From Candidatus Bathyarchaeia archaeon (lineage in GTDB: Archaea; Thermoproteota; Bathyarchaeia; Hecatellales; Hecatellaceae): DNA of 64,000 bases. Under the pieces are notes generated by a model that saw only the letters and a program-made list of their open reading frames with translations, ran no database searches and was not told the origin of the DNA. The DNA lies in contig JAVZMI010000001.1 in the NCBI GenBank assembly GCA_038883335.1, positions 51,696-115,695 of the forward strand, in the 5' to 3' direction. The translations under genes and the position numbers were made by a program. Shown piece by piece: positions 57,442-64,000 of the stretch. Each line of letters starts with the position of its first letter. The first letter of the stretch is position 1.

Positions 57442-58782
57442 TTAGCCTTCCCTTCTAATCTTAGCTATGAAGCTGCCGTCCGAGTCGTGTAGATGAGGAT
57501 AAATCCTTACACAGTTGTGGAGCTCTCTAAAGGCCGGCCTTCCCACACCTCTCACCTCCACTAATCTAAAGTCGGGCTTCAAACTTAGGAAATGCTCCAA
57601 AACCATCTCATTCTCCTCCACCGTAATGCTGGATGTAATATAAATCACGACGCCACCGACCTTGACGTGTCTAGAAAATTCCTCCAAGGCACCAACTTGC
57701 TGAGCCATATTTTTCTTGATATCTTCAGGTTTAACGCTCCATCTAATAGACGGCTCAGTCCCGAAGATGCCGGTTAAGCTTGAAGGAGGGTTGACAACTA
57801 TAATATCGGCATCGATAGGGGCGGGTGAAGCTGTTTGAGTTTTAAGGCTGAGGGGTTTGGCTATTTTCACGCCAAGTCTCTTAATATCTCGCTCCAATGC
57901 TTTTGTCTTCTCAGGACGGGGCTCTGCATAGAGGATGACCCCACTGTTTTCCATCAGTTGAGCTAGGTGAGCAATCTTTGCTGCGCCGTCTGCAAACATG
58001 CCTAAGACTCTCATGCCTTTCTCTACGCCTGAAGCTGAGACAGCTAAATAGCTGCCTTTATCTTCGAGATAGAGGAGACCTTTCCTGTAAGCTTCAGTTC
58101 TCCATAGCAACCTACTCCCACCCGAAACAAGATGCAGGTGTAACATTTCAGGCATATGGCTGAGATTGATCCTCTCTCTGGTGAGCGCGGCGGTTATGGT
58201 TTCCTCGGACCCATGAAGTGTGTTTAGGTGGACGTAACTGGACACACCTTCAGCGGATTTCCGTAGTAGCCTCAATGCCTCTCGCCTTCCAAGGAGGCGG
58301 TAGCAGTACTTGACGAACCAGTCTGGATGAGAAGTCTCCAAGGCTGTCCTCTCAACATCGGCCAGACCTTCATAGATAGTAGCTGGCTCAAAAGTTAGAA
58401 GCCTGCCGAGAAACGCCTCCACCGGGTGTAGGGTTTTCCACCCCAAAATTTCCCTAGAAGCCTCAACTAGCTCTACACAACATTTACACGTCTGAGGCGA
58501 GAGTTTAGTTAAATAAGTGTAAATTCTAAGGAAACTTCTTACACCAGCTGTTACTTTGTGTAGAAGTTCAGAAGGGACGACAGTAGCCAGAATCCTCCCT
58601 ATTACAGCCTCTCTCCTAAGTGTCTCTTGGACGAGAGCATTGGCTGAAGCGATAACTGCCTCATCCCTAATGCCTAGCTGCTTTGCCGCTCTCATGGTGG
58701 CATAAGAAAGTCCAATGCCGCTCAACTCGATCCAGCTTAAAGCCTCGATAGCCGTAGCCAAGGCATTAGGTTCTATAGTCAA
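57442..58782 (-). CDS. NOL1/NOP2/Sun-fold RNA methyltransferase-like protein in which both catalytic cysteines are replaced by serine
   Basis: 446 aa with an N-terminal NusB-like region. The SAM-binding region reads VLGMFADGAAKIAHLAQLM. The motif IV equivalent is DIIVVNPPSSLTG, against the consensus DAPCSGTG. The motif VI equivalent is VIYITSSITVEENE, against the consensus YSTCSxxxEENE. The serine codons were verified on the DNA (tca agc). Confidence 0.7.
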   Translation of the reverse strand: MTIEPNALATAIEALSWIELSGIGLSYATMRAAKQLGIRDEAVIASANALVQETLRREAVIGRILATVVPSELLHKVTAGVRSFLRIYTYLTKLSPQTCKCCVELVEASREILGWKTLHPVEAFLGRLLTFEPATIYEGLADVERTALETSHPDWFVKYCYRLLGRREALRLLRKSAEGVSSYVHLNTLHGSEETITAALTRERINLSHMPEMLHLHLVSGGSRLLWRTEAYRKGLLYLEDKGSYLAVSASGVEKGMRVLGMFADGAAKIAHLAQLMENSGVILYAEPRPEKTKALERDIKRLGVKIAKPLSLKTQTASPAPIDADIIVVNPPSSLTGIFGTEPSIRWSVKPEDIKKNMAQQVGALEEFSRHVKVGGVVIYITSSITVEENEMVLEHFLSLKPDFRLVEVRGVGRPAFRELHNCVRIYPHLHDSDGSFIAKIRREG

Positions 58783-58916
58783 CTAGGTAACCCCAAAACT
58801 ATAGAACCCAAAATATCAACATTAATCTTACCGCAAACCTAAGGTGCACATTTAATTAGTGTGCATATCTTCTAAAAAATGTCCTCTCTTTAAAAAAAGA
58901 AAAAGGTAGGTGCTAC

Positions 58917-60848
58917 CTATCCTTCGGTTACTTTATTCTTTGCTTCTTCCACGGAGGTTTCATCCTCGAGGGTAGTTATATCTCCTATGCTCTCTCCCTT
59001 CTCGAGAGCGCGAAGCACCCTACGCATTATCTTACCACTTCTAGTCTTCGGCAGTTTTTCAACGAAGTATATCTCGTCGGGTACGGCTATCGGGCCTATC
59101 ATAGTCTTTATCTGATCCTTGAGCTCCTTTCTAAGATCTGCCGTCGGCTCTACGCCTTTTTTAAGTATAACGAAAGCAACAGGCACTTCGTCCTTAATTT
59201 CATGAGGTCGCCCTATGACCGCAGCTTCACTAACCGCCTTATGTGCAACCAATGCGCTTTCAAGTTCAGCTGTTCCCAGTCTGTGTCCCGCGACCTTTAG
59301 GACGTCGTCGACCCTGCCTAGCAACCACAAGTATCCGTCGTCATCTTTCATCGCTCCATCTCCGGTAAGGTAGACGCATCTGTCTTTAAACGCGCTCCAA
59401 TACCGCCTAATATACCCATCCGGATCCCTCCAGAGAGTCCGCAACATCGCGGGCCATGGTCTGGTTAAAATTAGCTTTCCACGCGTGTTAGGCGGCAGAG
59501 GTCTACCTTCGTCGTCTACGACTTCAGCTTTCACACTTGGGAATGGAAATGTCGCTGAGCCTGGCTTCAACTTTGTAACTCCAGGCAAAGGTGTTATAAG
59601 GATCATGCCTGTTTCAGTCTGCCACCAAGTGTCAACAATCGGGCAGTTGTCCTTACCGATATTTCTGTTATACCATCTCCATGCCTCAGGATTTATAGGC
59701 TCCCCAACCGTTCCGAGTAGCCTCAAAGTGCTCAAATCATGCTTTTTAACCCATTCTTCACCAAATCGCATAAATAGTCGAATCGCCGTGGGGGATGTAT
59801 AGAAGATGCTAACACCGTAATGCTCAATTATACTCCACCACCGATCCGGGTGCGGGTAGTCGGGTGCTCCTTCGTACATCAACACAGTTGCGCCGTTTGA
59901 GAACGGGCCGTAAACGACATAACTATGACCTGTGACCCAACCTATATCGGCTGTACACCAAAATATGTCCTCATCTTTAAGGTCGAATACCCATTTAGTT
60001 GTGATGTGAGTGCCAACATTGTAGCCGCCGTGGACATGCATGACACCCTTCGGCTTGCCTGTTGTGCCCGAGGTATAAAGGATATAAAGTGGATGCTCGC
60101 TGTCAACTACCTCCGCATCACATTTCGGCTCCACACCATCTTGGAAATCATCCCACCAGATGTCCCGATCATCCATAATGTTAACATCATGCCCTGTTCT
60201 TCGCATCACGATGACATTTTGAACGCTTGGTGCAAGTTCAATCGCCTCATCAACAATTCGCTTGGTCTCAACGATCCTACCTCTTCTATAGAAACCATCC
60301 ATTGTGATGACTAACTTGGCTTGAGCGTCATTTATTCTCTCCCGCAGTGCCGCGGCGGAGAACCCGCCGAAAACTACACTGTGAATTGCACCGATTCGGG
60401 CGCAGGCAAGCATTGCGACAGGTAGTTCTGGAACCATTCCCATGTAAATTGTAACTCTGTCACCTTTCGTTATTCCAAGCTGTTTTAGAGCGTTGGCGAA
60501 CCGTAGTACCCTCCTGTAAAGTTCATAGTAGGTTATGATTCTTCTATCGCCGTCAGGCTCGCCCTGCCATATTAACGCGACCTTGTTCTTCCTCCACGTA
60601 GCTATATGCCTGTCGAGGCAGTTGTAGGATATGTTCAGTTTGCCGCCGACGAACCATTTGTAGAAAGGCGCGTTGGTGTCATCTAGTACTTTCTCGTATG
60701 GCGTAAACCAGTTGACTTCTTTTTTGGCAATCTCATCCCAAAAAGAGATGTAGTCCTTCTCAGCCTTCTCGTATACGACACAGTTGTTTATCCACGCGTG
60801 AGCTTTGAAATGTTGCCTCGGCTCATAGATTTCTCCCACTCTGAGCAT
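58917..60848 (-). CDS. acs: Acetyl-CoA synthetase (AMP-forming)
   Basis: 643 aa with the AMP-binding motif [17 protein letters not shown]-like and C-terminal lysine regions, and a typical Acs N-terminus. Confidence 0.9.
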   Translation of the reverse strand: MLRVGEIYEPRQHFKAHAWINNCVVYEKAEKDYISFWDEIAKKEVNWFTPYEKVLDDTNAPFYKWFVGGKLNISYNCLDRHIATWRKNKVALIWQGEPDGDRRIITYYELYRRVLRFANALKQLGITKGDRVTIYMGMVPELPVAMLACARIGAIHSVVFGGFSAAALRERINDAQAKLVITMDGFYRRGRIVETKRIVDEAIELAPSVQNVIVMRRTGHDVNIMDDRDIWWDDFQDGVEPKCDAEVVDSEHPLYILYTSGTTGKPKGVMHVHGGYNVGTHITTKWVFDLKDEDIFWCTADIGWVTGHSYVVYGPFSNGATVLMYEGAPDYPHPDRWWSIIEHYGVSIFYTSPTAIRLFMRFGEEWVKKHDLSTLRLLGTVGEPINPEAWRWYNRNIGKDNCPIVDTWWQTETGMILITPLPGVTKLKPGSATFPFPSVKAEVVDDEGRPLPPNTRGKLILTRPWPAMLRTLWRDPDGYIRRYWSAFKDRCVYLTGDGAMKDDDGYLWLLGRVDDVLKVAGHRLGTAELESALVAHKAVSEAAVIGRPHEIKDEVPVAFVILKKGVEPTADLRKELKDQIKTMIGPIAVPDEIYFVEKLPKTRSGKIMRRVLRALEKGESIGDITTLEDETSVEEAKNKVTEG

Positions 60849-61126
60849 TTATCATATCCCCAACCTTTAGATAAGTCTGCCGAGCTAATTATACGCATAA
60901 AAATCCGATGACAACTTTATTAGTCATGGTTGTGATAAACCTGTTAGTAGAGGAATAATCTCTCCTTTCTCATACTTGTTCTTTCGCAGATGCCGGCTTG
61001 TTCACATAGACTCGTAGGTTTTCGTTTGTGGCTAGGTTTCTCAGGGTGCGAGGTAGATAGGCCCTTTGGGAAAGGTTTTTATATATCTTTTAGATACTAA
61101 CTTTTAGTTACCAACGGTGTAGGTGA

Positions 61127-63319
<2,193 letters not shown>

Positions 63320-63336
63320 CATTTTTTTGGAGCCTC

Positions 63337-64000
63337 TTATAGGGCATAGCGAAGAATCAAAAAAGTGTCAGCTAGGAGCAAGACCATGAGCGTTAAAGGT
63401 GCTGTAGTACGGAAATAAGATTTCCAACAGATGGGATGATTCATTCTGTTACAGATCGACAACCCTGCTATATTGGTAGCTGTGCCGAACGGGGTAGCGA
63501 CCCCCCCAAAGCATACACCTAAAGAGAGAGCCCAAGCCAGAGGAGCTAACTCCAAACCGTCGTAGACGGCGATGCCTTGAATTACCGGAATGAAAGCCGT
63601 TGCCAAGGCGACATTATCCACGAAAATTGAGAGAACTGCAGCTAGCAGGAATACTACTGTTATGGCGATTACTAGGTTCTCCCCAGTTACGCTCGATATA
63701 GCAGTTGCAACTAGGTTTAGAACTCCTGTGTTCTTCAGCCCCCCTACCACTACGAAAAGCCCACCGAAGAACAATAATATACTCCAATCAACCTTCTTAA
63801 TAATGCCGAAGGAGCCACGTAGGTCGAAGGCTAAGATTAGAGTAGCTGCAAAGATAGCAGCCATGGCTGCGGATATCCCTACAATCTCTTGGATGGCAAG
63901 CAGAGTCACGGCGAGGAAGAAAGCGAGCACGCTAACTTTGAGAAGTCTCCAATCGAGGATAGCGTCTTTAGGTTTATGTGTCAACCTATATTTGTGTATA
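63337..64000 (-). CDS. ArsB/NhaD-superfamily anion permease-like membrane protein, probably truncated by the window end
   Basis: The ORF is 63337..63984 and starts at a TTG. The reading frame stays open to position 64000. It is hydrophobic and contains DWSILLFFGGLFVVVGGLKNTG, typical of the C-terminal half of ArsB/NhaD transporters. Confidence 0.45.
   Translation of the reverse strand, partial: IHKYRLTHKPKDAILDWRLLKVSVLAFFLAVTLLAIQEIVGISAAMAAIFAATLILAFDLRGSFGIIKKVDWSILLFFGGLFVVVGGLKNTGVLNLVATAISSVTGENLVIAITVVFLLAAVLSIFVDNVALATAFIPVIQGIAVYDGLELAPLAWALSLGVCFGGVATPFGTATNIAGLSICNRMNHPICWKSYFRTTAPLTLMVLLLADTFLILRYAL

Noticed and set aside
59925-60314. 129-aa plus-strand ORF inside acs
   Set aside because: It is antisense to the acetyl-CoA synthetase gene, which carries the diagnostic [11 protein letters not shown] motif.

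Overview
This window is an archaeal chromosomal segment; the gene content points to the TACK superphylum (Crenarchaeota/Thermoproteales-like). The supporting signs are tRNA genes that contain introns, a CRISPR repeat ending in ATTGAAAC, a GINS-MCM-Hel308 replication cluster and RNA polymerase subunit Rpo6. The left two-thirds is mostly core metabolism and replication. It holds a P-type cation ATPase, a pyruvate:ferredoxin oxidoreductase operon (porGDAB), a small heat-shock protein, an aIF-2B-like protein and hisC. It also holds an amino-acid biosynthesis supercluster (ACT-serB, trpCFBAEG, glyA, a 2-isopropylmalate/homocitrate synthase-like enzyme, thrC, hom). These are followed by apgM, a radical SAM enzyme, rpoK, a sugar aminotransferase, a 3-repeat orphan CRISPR mini-array, an intron-containing tRNA, Hel308, MCM and a candidate GINS subunit. 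Next comes an operon of regulators, a PadR and an Lrp-like protein with a cysteine-rich tail. After that lies an AT-rich-bounded block of about 8 kb that looks like an integrated plasmid or virus. It carries wHTH and ribbon-helix-helix regulators, a thymidylate-synthase-like protein lacking the catalytic cysteine, a zinc-finger/P-loop NTPase with a 112-nt internal tandem duplication, an archaeo-eukaryotic-type primase and a tyrosine integrase. Downstream are two convergent stand-alone RAM-domain paralogs, a JAMM/MPN protein, a tRNA-Thr(GGU) with two introns, a PurP-like ATP-grasp enzyme, a CorA-like transporter and tandem moeA paralogs. The window ends with agmatinase, a NOL1/NOP2/Sun-fold protein with both catalytic cysteines replaced by serine, acetyl-CoA synthetase, a Cdc48-like AAA ATPase and a partial anion permease. 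All calls rest on motif and architecture recognition by eye; no database searches were run.
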